A DNA stretch of 64,000 bases from Spirochaetia bacterium (lineage in GTDB: Bacteria > Spirochaetota > Spirochaetia > DSM-2461), in assembly GCA_963668315.1 (NCBI GenBank), contig OY764216.1:4672001-4736000 (forward strand), in the 5' to 3' direction. Each line of letters opens with the position of its first letter. Position 1 is the first letter of the stretch. This document shows positions 20,085 through 29,706 of this stretch, in pieces. Both the position numbers and the translations under genes were made by a program. The notes under the pieces were generated by a model. That model was not told where the DNA came from, ran no database searches, and was given only the letters and a program-made list of their open reading frames with translations.

Positions 20085-20545
20085 TACTCGCCCTCTTTCT
20101 CGATTCCCTTTACTTCTACCTTAAGATCGGCCGATTCTCCGCCGTAAAGTTTAACTTTTACGACATAGCTGCCAACGAGTTTGATGGCATTTTCGGGTAC
20201 TTCGATCTTTTTCTTTTCCAGGGCAATACCCAGTTTGTTGAGTTCGTCAACGATAGTCTGAGAAGTAACGGCTCCGAAGAGTTTTCCCTTCTCGCCGACG
20301 GGCATGGAGATTTCCAGCTGTTCACCGGCAAGGCGATCTTTGAGACCTAAAGCGGCCTTTCTCTTCTCGTCCTTTCTCTTTTCAATAGCGGCATGTTTCT
20401 GCTCGAGATTGTTAATATTTTCTTTGGTACATACCACAGCCATTCCGCGGGGAATAAGGAAGTTTCTTGCATAACCGTCGGCTACGACTTTAACATCTCC
20501 CTCTTCTCCCAGATTAGCCACGTCCTGACTTAGAATAATTTTCAT
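20084..20545 (-). CDS. rplI: 50S ribosomal protein L9
   Basis: MKIIL..DV.NLG..GDV..V..GYARNFLIP and GKLFGAVT motifs. Confidence 0.97.
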   Translation of the reverse strand: MKIILSQDVANLGEEGDVKVVADGYARNFLIPRGMAVVCTKENINNLEQKHAAIEKRKDEKRKAALGLKDRLAGEQLEISMPVGEKGKLFGAVTSQTIVDELNKLGIALEKKKIEVPENAIKLVGSYVVKVKLYGGESADLKVEVKGIEKEGE

Positions 20546-20572
20546 TACGGTCTCCTGTTCTTACAAATATTC

Positions 20573-20860
20573 CTACTGCGCTACGAAGGGCAGAAGGGCG
20601 ATGGCTCTGGCTCTCTTGATCTCTTTGGAGAGCTTTCTCTGATGTTTGGCACAGGTTCCGGTGATTCTTCTGGGAAGGATCTTACCTCTTTCTGTGGTAA
20701 AACGCTTCAGTGTATCCACATCTTTATAATCCAGGGTCAGTTTGTTGGCACAAACCTTACAAACTTTCTTTTTGAAATAAGTTCTCTTAGGACCTCTGGA
20801 AGGTCTGTCAGAACGCTCGCGGGGAGCGGAATTTTCATCTCTTTCCATATTATCGGACAT
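20573..20860 (-). CDS. rpsR: 30S ribosomal protein S18 (Cys-containing, zinc-binding type)
   Basis: [32 protein letters not shown] and ALLPF motifs. Confidence 0.97.
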   Translation of the reverse strand: MSDNMERDENSAPRERSDRPSRGPKRTYFKKKVCKVCANKLTLDYKDVDTLKRFTTERGKILPRRITGTCAKHQRKLSKEIKRARAIALLPFVAQ

Positions 20861-20967
20861 ATTTTTTCTCCTAATGGCGGTCTGCATCACAGCAAACCGG
20901 GTTAGCTTTTCTTACTAACTTGATTTCCGTCGGCCGGTTTGATAACCGGCCGGCATCCTCAGGACAA

Positions 20968-21477
20968 TCAGAAGGGTATATCGTCTTCGTAATTGTCTTG
21001 GCTGGGCTGAGAAGGCGGGGTATAACTTTCGAATGACTGGGATCTCTGCCCGGACTGACCGGAAGGTCTGCCCTGCTGCTGATAGGATCCCTGGTTCTGG
21101 TAGCTTCCCCCCTGAGAGGGGGCTCCCTGGCCAAAGGACTGATTCTCCGAACGGCCTCCGAGAAGCTGAATGTTGACGGCCTCTATCGTCACTTTGCTTC
21201 TCTTCTGTCCGTCCTGTTCCCATCTTTCCTGCCTCAGCTGACCTTCAACAGCCACCTGAGTTCCTTTAGTAAGATAGGAGTTGAGCGATTCGCCCCGTCT
21301 GCCCCAGAGGTTGAGATCGAAGTAATTCGCTTCGTCCACCCACTGGTCTCCCTGCTTTCTCCTTCTATTGACGGCGAGACTGAATTTACAAAGTGCGAAG
21401 CCTGAATTCGTATACATCAGCTCCGCATCACGGGTGAGTCTACCTACCAGCATTACTTTGTTTATATCGTCTGCCAT
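20968..21477 (-). CDS. ssb: Single-stranded DNA-binding protein
   Basis: INKVMLVGRLTRDAEL start and C-terminal DDIPF. Confidence 0.97.
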   Translation of the reverse strand: MADDINKVMLVGRLTRDAELMYTNSGFALCKFSLAVNRRRKQGDQWVDEANYFDLNLWGRRGESLNSYLTKGTQVAVEGQLRQERWEQDGQKRSKVTIEAVNIQLLGGRSENQSFGQGAPSQGGSYQNQGSYQQQGRPSGQSGQRSQSFESYTPPSQPSQDNYEDDIPF

Positions 21478-21483
21478 AATAGA

Positions 21484-21765
21484 TTAATCCTCTTTTCTAA
21501 CAAATATGTATTTGAGTATCTCGTCGGTGAGTTTCAGATCGTCTTCGAGTTTGACGATGATTTCCGGATTCAGATCAAGATTAAAGAGATGGTAATGACC
21601 GTGCTGCTCATTGTCGATTTCGTAGGCAAGCTCGCGATCACCGCGGTCCTCTTCTGATTCGATCGTTGCAGATCTCTTCTCAAGAACCTTCTTTACCGCT
21701 TCTATACCGGTAACGTACTTATTCTCTCTTGTCCGGAATACTACCATTAATTCGTATTTTCTCAT
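21484..21765 (-). CDS. rpsF: 30S ribosomal protein S6
   Basis: MRKYELM and GDRELAYEI motifs; first gene of rpsF-ssb-rpsR-rplI. Confidence 0.95.
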   Translation of the reverse strand: MRKYELMVVFRTRENKYVTGIEAVKKVLEKRSATIESEEDRGDRELAYEIDNEQHGHYHLFNLDLNPEIIVKLEDDLKLTDEILKYIFVRKED

Positions 21766-21827
21766 GTTTCCTCCTTGCGGACTTTATTGATTTACCCTTA
21801 CAGAGTAAATAAAGAGGCCCGAACAAG
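21766..21827 (-). promoter_or_regulatory. rpsF leader hairpin, candidate S6:S18 autoregulatory element
   Basis: Minus strand CTTG..CGGG..CTTTATT..TTACTC/GGGTAA..AATAAAG..TCCG-CAAG stem running into the AGGAGG SD. Confidence 0.5.
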
Positions 21828-21935
21828 ATAGCATGATCGCGAAATGGTGTCAATGGGACCCGGGCCATATAAACCATTTGTTGTCGCCGTGATAAAAAGT
21901 TAATAGTATTCACCGGTTCTTCCGATTATAGAGCT

Positions 21936-22397
21936 ATGACGGAAAACGTGAATTACGAGGATAACCTCTTCTTTATTTCCCAGACTATCGATCTTTTGAG
22001 AAAAGGGGCTCTTCTGAATCTGGACAGGGAGCTTTTTTATCAGAAGATAATGGAAACCCTGTTTTCCACCGACGCCTCCCTGCAGAGCATATACAAGAAC
22101 CTGACGGAAAACAGCTACCTGATAAACCGGAACCTTTACCTCCATTCTGTTATGAAGAAAAAAAGGAAATTCACCGAGATACTCACCGCCTACCTCGAAG
22201 GGGACCCGGGGAAATGGCTGATTGAGGAAGAACACCGTTCCCGTCTCCAGAGGATACGGGAGATCCATACATCGGACATTCAGGATATCCGCAGCACCCT
22301 CTCCCTGACAGCGGACAAGGAAGAGGACCGGGAAGTCATCTCCCGGGACGAGATGAACTTCCTTATGGCACCCGGTCTGCTGGAAGAAGACGAATAA
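21936..22397 (+). CDS. Hypothetical helical protein
   Basis: 153-aa ORF filling the intergenic space, with an acidic C-terminus. Confidence 0.75.
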   Translation: MTENVNYEDNLFFISQTIDLLRKGALLNLDRELFYQKIMETLFSTDASLQSIYKNLTENSYLINRNLYLHSVMKKKRKFTEILTAYLEGDPGKWLIEEEHRSRLQRIREIHTSDIQDIRSTLSLTADKEEDREVISRDEMNFLMAPGLLEEDE

Positions 22398-22400
22398 AAC

Positions 22401-23867
22401 CTATTTCATAATAAGAGGGCTTATACCGTCGTACCTGTCCCCTTCAAAACCTATCTGATTCCCCTTATCCGAGTATATTCTTACCTCCAGGTGAAGGTGG
22501 GGCCCGGTTGATTTACCCGTATTGCCGATATCGCCTATCTTCTCATTCATGGAAACGAGATCGCCTCTTTTGGCATTGGACTGATTCGCCAGATGGGCGT
22601 AGAAGGTCGTAAAGCGGACAACCTCCGGATAGGAAGCCCGTATCTCCGACGTGATTTTATGCTCTATCTCCACGCACCAGCCGAAATCGTGATTTTCCTC
22701 ATTCACGATAACCCTTCCGTCCGTCACGGCCACTATGGCGCCGGGCGTATCATCGTCCCGGATAAGACTTTCCGAACGGTTCGACGGATCAATTTTCAGA
22801 ATATTGCTGATATTTATGATGTCCACGGCATAATGGGGCCGATATCCCCCTTCCCCCAGAGGGCTGGCCCTCTTCGAGGAGTAACCACTGGATATAATAT
22901 ATCCCGCCCCGTCATTCGCTCCGCCGTCATCCCGAACGGGATAGGCCAGATGGGAAAAGACCATGCGATAGCTGTCCAGTTCCAGTATGTTCTCCTTATC
23001 GGTGGCCAGAAGCAGTTTCGCTTCATTCTCCGAATGGGGGAGCCGGGTAAAATGGTAATACATTTCACCGAAACTGGAAGATTTTTCGATCAGAGAAGCC
23101 AGGTAGTAATAGGCGGTACGGCGGTTCTTCTGCCAGGCGGGAATCTCCCCTACCGACTGCTTTACCATTTCCGACATATTGAACCTGTTGAATTCCAGGT
23201 TCTGCTGCTCTCTCTGAAGACCCATCTCCAGAGAGTTCAGATCCACCATGACCGTCGAGATCTGATGATTCAGGTCATTGAGGACATTCTCGTTCAGGGT
23301 GGCGCTCTTTTCTATGGTTCTGTCGAGCTGATTCACAATCCGCACCATACGGTTATACTGGAGATTCCCGGTAAAGAGAGTGGTAAAAAGCCCGAAGACC
23401 AGTACGGCGGAAGCCACGAGAAAATAGATATGGGAGTAGGATTTTCTGACAAAGGGCCGCAGGGCATTGTTAAAAGTCCTGTGCCTTCCGGGAAGTTCCA
23501 GGTAGGGTCCCTTCCCTTCACCTCCGTCCATTTCCAGCCGCTCGCGCAGATCGACGAGTTCCCGGGGAAGCAGCCCCTTGTCAATGGCGCCTTCGTTCTT
23601 CGAGGAAGCCGCAAGAGACCACTCCTCTCCCTGCGACAGAAAGGCCCAGTAATAGGAAAGGGCGTCCTCCCTCTCTTCGGGGAAAACCATCTCCGTCACG
23701 ACCAGTCTGTCCTCCCCCTCCCTCTGGAGGCGAAGATAATACCGGGCCGGTTCGCCGGTGACAAGATTAACCTGATCATTTCTCTGTAAAACGTTTTCTC
23801 CGCCAAGCAGCGTTTCGCACCGTTTGACGATATGATTTATAATTGTTTTTTTTAATTCTCTTTCCAT
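22401..23867 (-). CDS. Membrane-anchored M23 family metallopeptidase
   Basis: TM segment, coiled coil, HYAVD (HxxxD), YAHL and GNTGKSTGPHLHLEVR (HxH). Confidence 0.88.
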   Translation of the reverse strand: MERELKKTIINHIVKRCETLLGGENVLQRNDQVNLVTGEPARYYLRLQREGEDRLVVTEMVFPEEREDALSYYWAFLSQGEEWSLAASSKNEGAIDKGLLPRELVDLRERLEMDGGEGKGPYLELPGRHRTFNNALRPFVRKSYSHIYFLVASAVLVFGLFTTLFTGNLQYNRMVRIVNQLDRTIEKSATLNENVLNDLNHQISTVMVDLNSLEMGLQREQQNLEFNRFNMSEMVKQSVGEIPAWQKNRRTAYYYLASLIEKSSSFGEMYYHFTRLPHSENEAKLLLATDKENILELDSYRMVFSHLAYPVRDDGGANDGAGYIISSGYSSKRASPLGEGGYRPHYAVDIINISNILKIDPSNRSESLIRDDDTPGAIVAVTDGRVIVNEENHDFGWCVEIEHKITSEIRASYPEVVRFTTFYAHLANQSNAKRGDLVSMNEKIGDIGNTGKSTGPHLHLEVRIYSDKGNQIGFEGDRYDGISPLIMK

Positions 23868-24871
23868 TAAGGCTCCGTAACGGTGAACTCTACGCGGCGG
23901 TTAAGCGCTCTGCCTTCCTCGGTTCCGTTATCCGCGACAGGCCGGGTCGCCCCGTACCCCTGAACAGACAGCCTGCGCGGCCTGATTCCCATGGCTATCA
24001 GTTCCTCCCGGACCGCTTTGGCACGGTCGAGAGACAGGGAATACATAGCCCCCGGGTCCCCCACCAGCGCCGTATGTCCGGCTATTTCCACAGGAAAGCG
24101 CCCTTTGTCAATCAGTTCAAAAACCTCTGCAAGCTCCTCCGAGGAGGACGCCAGCATCACACTGCTGTTCGCTTCGAAGAGAAGCCGGTAGGAAATATGG
24201 AGGACTTCCTTTTCGTGAATACCGTTGAGGCGGTCCTGCAGCTCCCTCATCTCCTCTTCACCGATCTTCCTCGGTTCTTCGGGAGACTGTCCCTCCCTAA
24301 CCCTTGTGTAGGAGTCGTAACTCAGGAGCAGAGGGTCTTTGCCGCCCCGGCTGCTCACTTCGGTTATCCCCGAAAGGGCATAAACCACTGTCCGCTGCGG
24401 ATCTACATCAAAAACCAGTTCCGTCCCCCTGATCCCGGCCGTGGCCTGGGGAGTGACAACCCTGTAGGACTGGTCTTTGATAAGTTTATGGAATTTGGCA
24501 TACAGCCTTCCTTCCCTGTGGTCTATGCTAACGCTTTTCACCGAAATCTTATCAAGTTCTGTCAGCGTATTTTCGGCCATGCATATCAGACTTTCCCGGT
24601 TCAGGCGTATATCCACCCGTCCGTTTTCTCCGGTTTTCAGGGCGGTTCCCTGTGAAAGGCGGGTACCGGTTTCCAGTACGGTCCAGTCGGACTGGCCTTT
24701 CGTTTTATAAAAACACTCACCCTCGGTATAAGTTACAAGGGGCCGTTCCTGTATGAGGAGAGGAGCCTGTACGGCGACTTTATCCCTGCCTTCCCAAACG
24801 GTCATCCACAAAACAAGGGCCAGAACCGGAATCAGAAGAAAGGGGAGAAAAATCCTTCTTTTAATTTTCAT
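23867..24871 (-). CDS. FecR-domain plus OmpA-like peptidoglycan-binding domain protein
   Basis: Start ATG 24871 with N-terminal TM. FecR motif TPQATAGIRGT; OmpA motifs GHTA, LSLDRAKAV and NRRVEF. Confidence 0.85.
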   Translation of the reverse strand: MKIKRRIFLPFLLIPVLALVLWMTVWEGRDKVAVQAPLLIQERPLVTYTEGECFYKTKGQSDWTVLETGTRLSQGTALKTGENGRVDIRLNRESLICMAENTLTELDKISVKSVSIDHREGRLYAKFHKLIKDQSYRVVTPQATAGIRGTELVFDVDPQRTVVYALSGITEVSSRGGKDPLLLSYDSYTRVREGQSPEEPRKIGEEEMRELQDRLNGIHEKEVLHISYRLLFEANSSVMLASSSEELAEVFELIDKGRFPVEIAGHTALVGDPGAMYSLSLDRAKAVREELIAMGIRPRRLSVQGYGATRPVADNGTEEGRALNRRVEFTVTEP

Positions 24872-24992
24872 ATTAAAAAGAATAATGCAATGGGAAGCCG
24901 CAGTCAATAAATCGGAATGTGCCTGCCCTAAAATTCCCTGTTTTTTCCCTCCCTTACTTGCCATCCCCCGGTAATCCTTATATGATTGTCCC

Positions 24993-25739
24993 ATGAATCT
25001 CATCATTACCGGATACGGCCGCATGGGCCGGGAAGTTGAAAAAATATGCCTTGAAAGGGGCCATTCAATACTGGCACGAGTGGATAAAGGCGGCCATGGA
25101 GACCAGACGGAACTCACAGCCGATTTGCTCTCCCGGACGGACGGGGTCGTTGAATTCGCCCTGGCGGAAGGATTTGAAGATAACTGTCGTCTTTACGCCG
25201 AAGCGGGTGTTCCCGTCGTTGTGGGAACCACCGGCTGGTATGACAATGCCGATAAAATTGAGGCTCATATAAAGGAAAAGGGAGGGTCATTTCTGTATGG
25301 CTCCAACTTCTCCATCGGAGCCCATATTTTCTTTACCCTCACCGAAAGAGCCGCTCAGCTGATCAGCGAGATTCCCGACTACGATATCATGGTGACCGAA
25401 TACCACCATAAGATGAAGAAAGATTCCCCCTCGGGTACGGCCATCACCACGGCAGAGAGAATTCTCAAAGGCTGTCCCCGCAAAACAACGATGCAGTTTG
25501 AAAAGCTGGACCGTCAGATAGAGGACCACGAGCTGCATGTCGCTTCGGTGCGAGGCGGCCATATACCGGGAATTCACCGGGTTTACCTGGATTCTCCCGC
25601 CGACACGATAGAAGTAACCCACACCGCCAGAAACAGAAGCGGCTTCGCTCTGGGTGCCGTCATGGCCGTTGAGTGGCTCCAGGGTAAAAAGGGATTCTTC
25701 ACCGTAGACGATTTCATTAAAGACTTTTTTAAGTTATAA
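24993..25739 (+). CDS. dapB: 4-hydroxy-tetrahydrodipicolinate reductase
   Basis: GYGRMG, VGTTGW, NFSIG, EYHHKMKKDSPSGTA and FALGA motifs. Confidence 0.95.
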   Translation: MNLIITGYGRMGREVEKICLERGHSILARVDKGGHGDQTELTADLLSRTDGVVEFALAEGFEDNCRLYAEAGVPVVVGTTGWYDNADKIEAHIKEKGGSFLYGSNFSIGAHIFFTLTERAAQLISEIPDYDIMVTEYHHKMKKDSPSGTAITTAERILKGCPRKTTMQFEKLDRQIEDHELHVASVRGGHIPGIHRVYLDSPADTIEVTHTARNRSGFALGAVMAVEWLQGKKGFFTVDDFIKDFFKL

Positions 25740-25750
25740 TATAATTTTTA

Positions 25751-25891
25751 GAGCCTTTTTCAGAGCGAACATATCGTTCCAGAGGCTAGGCGGTTCTCAG
25801 ATCTGACACCGCAGTGTACCGGAAGTACAAGAGGATGACAGATCAGAAACCAACGCCCCATACGGAACAGGATGTAGCTATCAAATGGCTC
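25751..25891 (+). ncRNA. Candidate structured RNA (long irregular hairpin) between dapB and dapA; class unknown, strand inferred
   Basis: Nested complementarity GAGCC/GGCTC, AGC/GCT, ACAT/ATGT, GTTCC/GGAAC, GGCG/CGCC, GTT/AAC, GATCTG/CAGATC, TGTAC/GTACA. Begins just after TATAAT boxes and ends at the dapA SD. Confidence 0.5.
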
Positions 25892-25904
25892 GGAGGAGTA
25901 AACC

Positions 25905-26780
25905 ATGCTGGAAGGTGTATTCACCGCTTTAGTCACCCCCTTCAAGAAAAACCAGGAAATTGACAGGGAATCTCTCAAAAAAATTGTGGACTTTCAGATA
26001 AAAGAGGGCATCTCCGGCCTGGTTCCCATGGGAACGACCGGCGAGAGTCCCACCGTATCCATTGAAGAGAACATGGACGTGGTGGAAATGGTTGTCAAAA
26101 TGGCCGACGGCAAGGTGCCCGTCATTGCCGGTACCGGTTCAAACTGTACCGCCGAAGCGGTCAAGATGACCAAAATGGCGAAAAATATGGGTGCCGACTA
26201 CGCTCTGCTCGTAAACCCCTATTACAATAAGCCGACCCAGGAAGGGCTTTACGGACATTTCATGGCTATCGCCGATGCCGTGGATCTGCCCATTGTCCTG
26301 TACAATATTCAGGGACGTACCGGTGTCAATCTGGAAACGGATACGCTCCTGCGCCTGGCGAAGCACGAGAATATCGTCGCCGTCAAGGAAGCCAGCGGCA
26401 GCCTTCCCCAGATGATGGATGTGATCAACAGAAAACCCAAGGATTTTTCCGTCCTTTCCGGCGATGACAACCTGGGACTTCCCCTTACGATCATGGGCGG
26501 ACAGGGAATCATTTCCGTGGCCAGCAATATCATTCCCCGCTGGATGGAAGAGATGGTCACGGCCGCCCGACGGGGCAATATCGAAAAAGCCAGGACCATT
26601 CATTATGAACTCCTGCCCCTTTTCAAGGCCATGTTCCTGGAGACCAATCCCATCCCCGTAAAATCCTGTATGGCCATGATGGGCCTTCTGGAAGAGGAAT
26701 TCCGCCTTCCCCTCTGTCCTCCCACCGATGAGCACCGCGAAGCTCTGAGAGAGATGATGAGAGGACAGGGTCTTATCTAG
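25905..26780 (+). CDS. dapA: 4-hydroxy-tetrahydrodipicolinate synthase
   Basis: TALVTPF, GTTGESPT, PYYNKP, YNIQGRTG, KEASG and ETNPIPVK motifs. Confidence 0.96.
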   Translation: MLEGVFTALVTPFKKNQEIDRESLKKIVDFQIKEGISGLVPMGTTGESPTVSIEENMDVVEMVVKMADGKVPVIAGTGSNCTAEAVKMTKMAKNMGADYALLVNPYYNKPTQEGLYGHFMAIADAVDLPIVLYNIQGRTGVNLETDTLLRLAKHENIVAVKEASGSLPQMMDVINRKPKDFSVLSGDDNLGLPLTIMGGQGIISVASNIIPRWMEEMVTAARRGNIEKARTIHYELLPLFKAMFLETNPIPVKSCMAMMGLLEEEFRLPLCPPTDEHREALREMMRGQGLI

Positions 26781-26789
26781 GCAGGATCT

Positions 26790-27635
26790 GTGACAGTTGC
26801 CGAACTCCTCCGCAGGGAACGGGAGGTTCTTACCGCATCGGGAATCAGCGATACGGTGGACCTGGATACCTCCCTTCTCCTGTGCCATGTAATGGGCTGG
26901 AAAAGGGAACAGCTCTACGCCCGCCTTCCCGACCCCGTTCCGGAGGAAGCTGCGCGAAAATTCTCAGAATTAACCGAGCTGCGCTCCCGGAACTATCCCG
27001 TGGCCTATCTGACCGGGTACCGGGAATTTTACGGCCGTGACTTTTTTGTGGAAGAGGGGGTGCTCTGTCCCCGGCCCGATACGGAAATCATAGTCGAGAA
27101 GTCGCTGGAATTCCTTACGCCACTCCCCTCCCCCGCCGTCCTGGACCTCTGTTCCGGTTCGGGGTGCATCGGACTAACCCTGGCTTTGGAATACCCCGTC
27201 TCTCAGGTGGTCTGCGCCGATATCGCCGAGGAGCCGGAAAGGGCTTTTACAAAAAACCGGCTGGCTCTGGGGGCCGAGAACGCCCGCTTTGTCCATTCCG
27301 ATCTGTTTAGCGGAGTGGAAGGGATTTTCGACCTGATAGCGACCAATCCTCCCTATCTGACGGAAAGGGAAACCAGGGATAGAATGGATGAGGGCTGGAA
27401 GGAACCGGCCCTGGCCCTTGACGGAGGAGCCGACGGCCTGGATCTTATTGAAAAAATAATCCTGAAGTCGATTGATTATCTTTCCTCCGGAGGTTATCTT
27501 CTAATAGAAGCTGCTCCCGATCAGATGGAGCAGATATTGGATATGATGGGTACCGCCGGCTTCACCTCATTGGGAACGGCCGACGATCTGGCAGGTAGAC
27601 AACGGGTAGCCTATGGCCGATGGTTTAAAAAATAG
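26790..27635 (+). CDS. prmC: Release factor glutamine methyltransferase
   Basis: PRPDTE, LDLCSGSGCI, NPPY and ALDGG.DGL motifs. Confidence 0.93.
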   Translation: MTVAELLRREREVLTASGISDTVDLDTSLLLCHVMGWKREQLYARLPDPVPEEAARKFSELTELRSRNYPVAYLTGYREFYGRDFFVEEGVLCPRPDTEIIVEKSLEFLTPLPSPAVLDLCSGSGCIGLTLALEYPVSQVVCADIAEEPERAFTKNRLALGAENARFVHSDLFSGVEGIFDLIATNPPYLTERETRDRMDEGWKEPALALDGGADGLDLIEKIILKSIDYLSSGGYLLIEAAPDQMEQILDMMGTAGFTSLGTADDLAGRQRVAYGRWFKK

Positions 27636-29706
27636 ACTGATTCTCTCCGCAAGCGACCTGAGTACGGTTATTGATCAGTTCGAAACCAGTCTTGTGCCTT
27701 ATTACAGCGAGAAAGAGCAGTCTGAAATCATGAGGGCTGTCCGCTGGGCAGAAAAGCTTCATGCCGGTCAGAAAAGAGCTTCCGGAGAACCCTACATCAT
27801 CCATCCTGTGGCCTCCACATCCCTGCTGGTGGGGCTGAAACTGGATTCGCCCACCATAATTGCGTCGGTGCTCCATGATGTTCTGGAAGATACCGATGTC
27901 GGGGCCAGCGCGATAAAGGAAGAGTTCGGCGAAGAAGTGGCCATGCTCGTGGACGGGGTAACGAAAATCGACATAATGGAAGTGGGCGATAAGTCCCTCC
28001 AGCAGATAGAGACCCTGCGCAAGATGATCTTTGCCATGGTCAAGGATATCCGCGTTATCTTCATCAAGCTGGCCGATAAGCGCCATAACATGAGCACCTT
28101 GAATTTCATGCCGCCCCACAAACAGAAACGCATTGCCCGGGAGTGTCTGGAAATCTACGCTCCCCTGGCGGGACGGCTGGGAATCAATACGGTTAAGATG
28201 GAGCTGGAAGACCAGAGCCTCAAATATCTCCATCCCCAGACCTATCAGCAGATCAAACGGTTCATAGATCAGAAGAAGGACGAACGGGCTCTCTACCTGG
28301 AACAGGTGAAAAAGGAAATAATCGAAACGGCCGAATCGGAAGGAGTGGGTGATATTGCCGTTCTGACAAGGGCCAAGCATTTTTATTCCATCTACCGGAA
28401 AATGAAGCATAAGGGCAAGGATCTTGATGCCATCTACGATTTCCTGGGAGTGAGAATCCTGTGCCGGACGAAAACTGACTGCTATCATATTTTGGGAATC
28501 ATCCATCAGCTCTGGCCTCCCATCGAGGGAAGGTTCAAAGACTACATAGCCATGCCCAAGGCTAATAACTACCAGAGCCTTCACACCACGGTGAGATGCA
28601 ATGAGCACCGCCCCCTGGAGATTCAGATCCGTACGTTCAACATGGAAGATACGGCCAATTACGGTGTGGCCGCTCACTTCCTTTACAAGGAAGGCCGGGA
28701 GGATGCAGACGGGGGACGGGAGATAGACTTCGTCCGCAAACTGAAGAACTGGAATATGGAAGACTACAGCTCCAATGAGTTCATGGATTCCATCAAGAGA
28801 GACCTTCTCCAGGACACCATTATCGTCTATACCCCCAAGGGGGAACCCATCGTTCTCCCCAAGGGCTCCACGGCCATCGACTTCGCCTACCATATCCATT
28901 CCCACATAGGCGACCACTGCGTCAGGGCCCGGGCCAACGGACATATCATACCCCTGACGAAACCCCTGAAAAATACCCAGACAGTGGAGGTCATGACCCA
29001 TCCCGAGGCCCATCCCCACCAGAACTGGCTCAAATACACAAAAAGCCACCGGGCCCGTGACAAAATACGCCACTGGATCAACAAGCATAACGAAGACTAC
29101 ATCATCGAAGGCAATATCATAGCCAAACCCGGGCGGGACAAGAAGAACCTGAGCCAGCCCATTCCGCCGGTTAAGTCCCAGGAGAAAATAGAGTACAGCC
29201 CCGAGCAGAAGGTTCTTGATGAAGAGAAGGTAACCATCTCCCTGAACAGGGAGAAAAATATGATGATAAAAATCTCCCTCTGCTGCAAGCCGACACCGGG
29301 CGACGACATCATCGGTTATGTTTCCCGGGGCCGGGGGATTACGGTTCACAGGAAGGACTGCCCCAATCTGAAAGGGATTGACGACTTTGAGAACCGCAAG
29401 GTGGAGGTGGAATGGGAAACGGCCACCAACCAGTTCTACCGCCGTTACCATATCGTGGCCAAAAGGACGGCCGACCTGTTCAGCGAAATTGAAGGGGCTA
29501 TCAAAAAATACGGCGGCCATCTTATTTCCGGCAGCGTTGATGAATCGGACCGGGGAAATCTGGAAGGATTCTTTACGGTGGAAATGGATAAAAGATCCAA
29601 GCTGAACCAGATCAATAAGAGCATCCGCAACATTCCCTCGGTTTACTCCCTGTATGAATCGCCCGGACGTTATGATGACGACGACGATGATGAGGATGAC
29701 GACTGA
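27613..29706 (+). CDS. relA: Bifunctional (p)ppGpp synthetase/hydrolase (long RSH) with poly-Asp tail
   Basis: RASGEPYIIHP, HDVLEDT (HD intact), KDYIAMPK.N.YQSLHT, EIQIRT, TGS domain and CCKP..GD motifs. Confidence 0.94.
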   Translation: MADGLKNRLILSASDLSTVIDQFETSLVPYYSEKEQSEIMRAVRWAEKLHAGQKRASGEPYIIHPVASTSLLVGLKLDSPTIIASVLHDVLEDTDVGASAIKEEFGEEVAMLVDGVTKIDIMEVGDKSLQQIETLRKMIFAMVKDIRVIFIKLADKRHNMSTLNFMPPHKQKRIARECLEIYAPLAGRLGINTVKMELEDQSLKYLHPQTYQQIKRFIDQKKDERALYLEQVKKEIIETAESEGVGDIAVLTRAKHFYSIYRKMKHKGKDLDAIYDFLGVRILCRTKTDCYHILGIIHQLWPPIEGRFKDYIAMPKANNYQSLHTTVRCNEHRPLEIQIRTFNMEDTANYGVAAHFLYKEGREDADGGREIDFVRKLKNWNMEDYSSNEFMDSIKRDLLQDTIIVYTPKGEPIVLPKGSTAIDFAYHIHSHIGDHCVRARANGHIIPLTKPLKNTQTVEVMTHPEAHPHQNWLKYTKSHRARDKIRHWINKHNEDYIIEGNIIAKPGRDKKNLSQPIPPVKSQEKIEYSPEQKVLDEEKVTISLNREKNMMIKISLCCKPTPGDDIIGYVSRGRGITVHRKDCPNLKGIDDFENRKVEVEWETATNQFYRRYHIVAKRTADLFSEIEGAIKKYGGHLISGSVDESDRGNLEGFFTVEMDKRSKLNQINKSIRNIPSVYSLYESPGRYDDDDDDEDDD

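Noticed and set aside
22593..23789. Other long antisense ORFs (also 252..1580, 50826..52046, 53166..54335, 37519..38427)
   Set aside because: Each lies opposite a well-supported gene and shows no family motifs.
25751..25891. Calling the dapB-dapA element a canonical lysine riboswitch or SRP RNA
   Set aside because: It lacks room for the P3-P5 helices of the lysine aptamer. The CCGGAAG apex resembles SRP helix 8, but the CAGG/AGCA internal loop is absent. Kept as an unclassified candidate.
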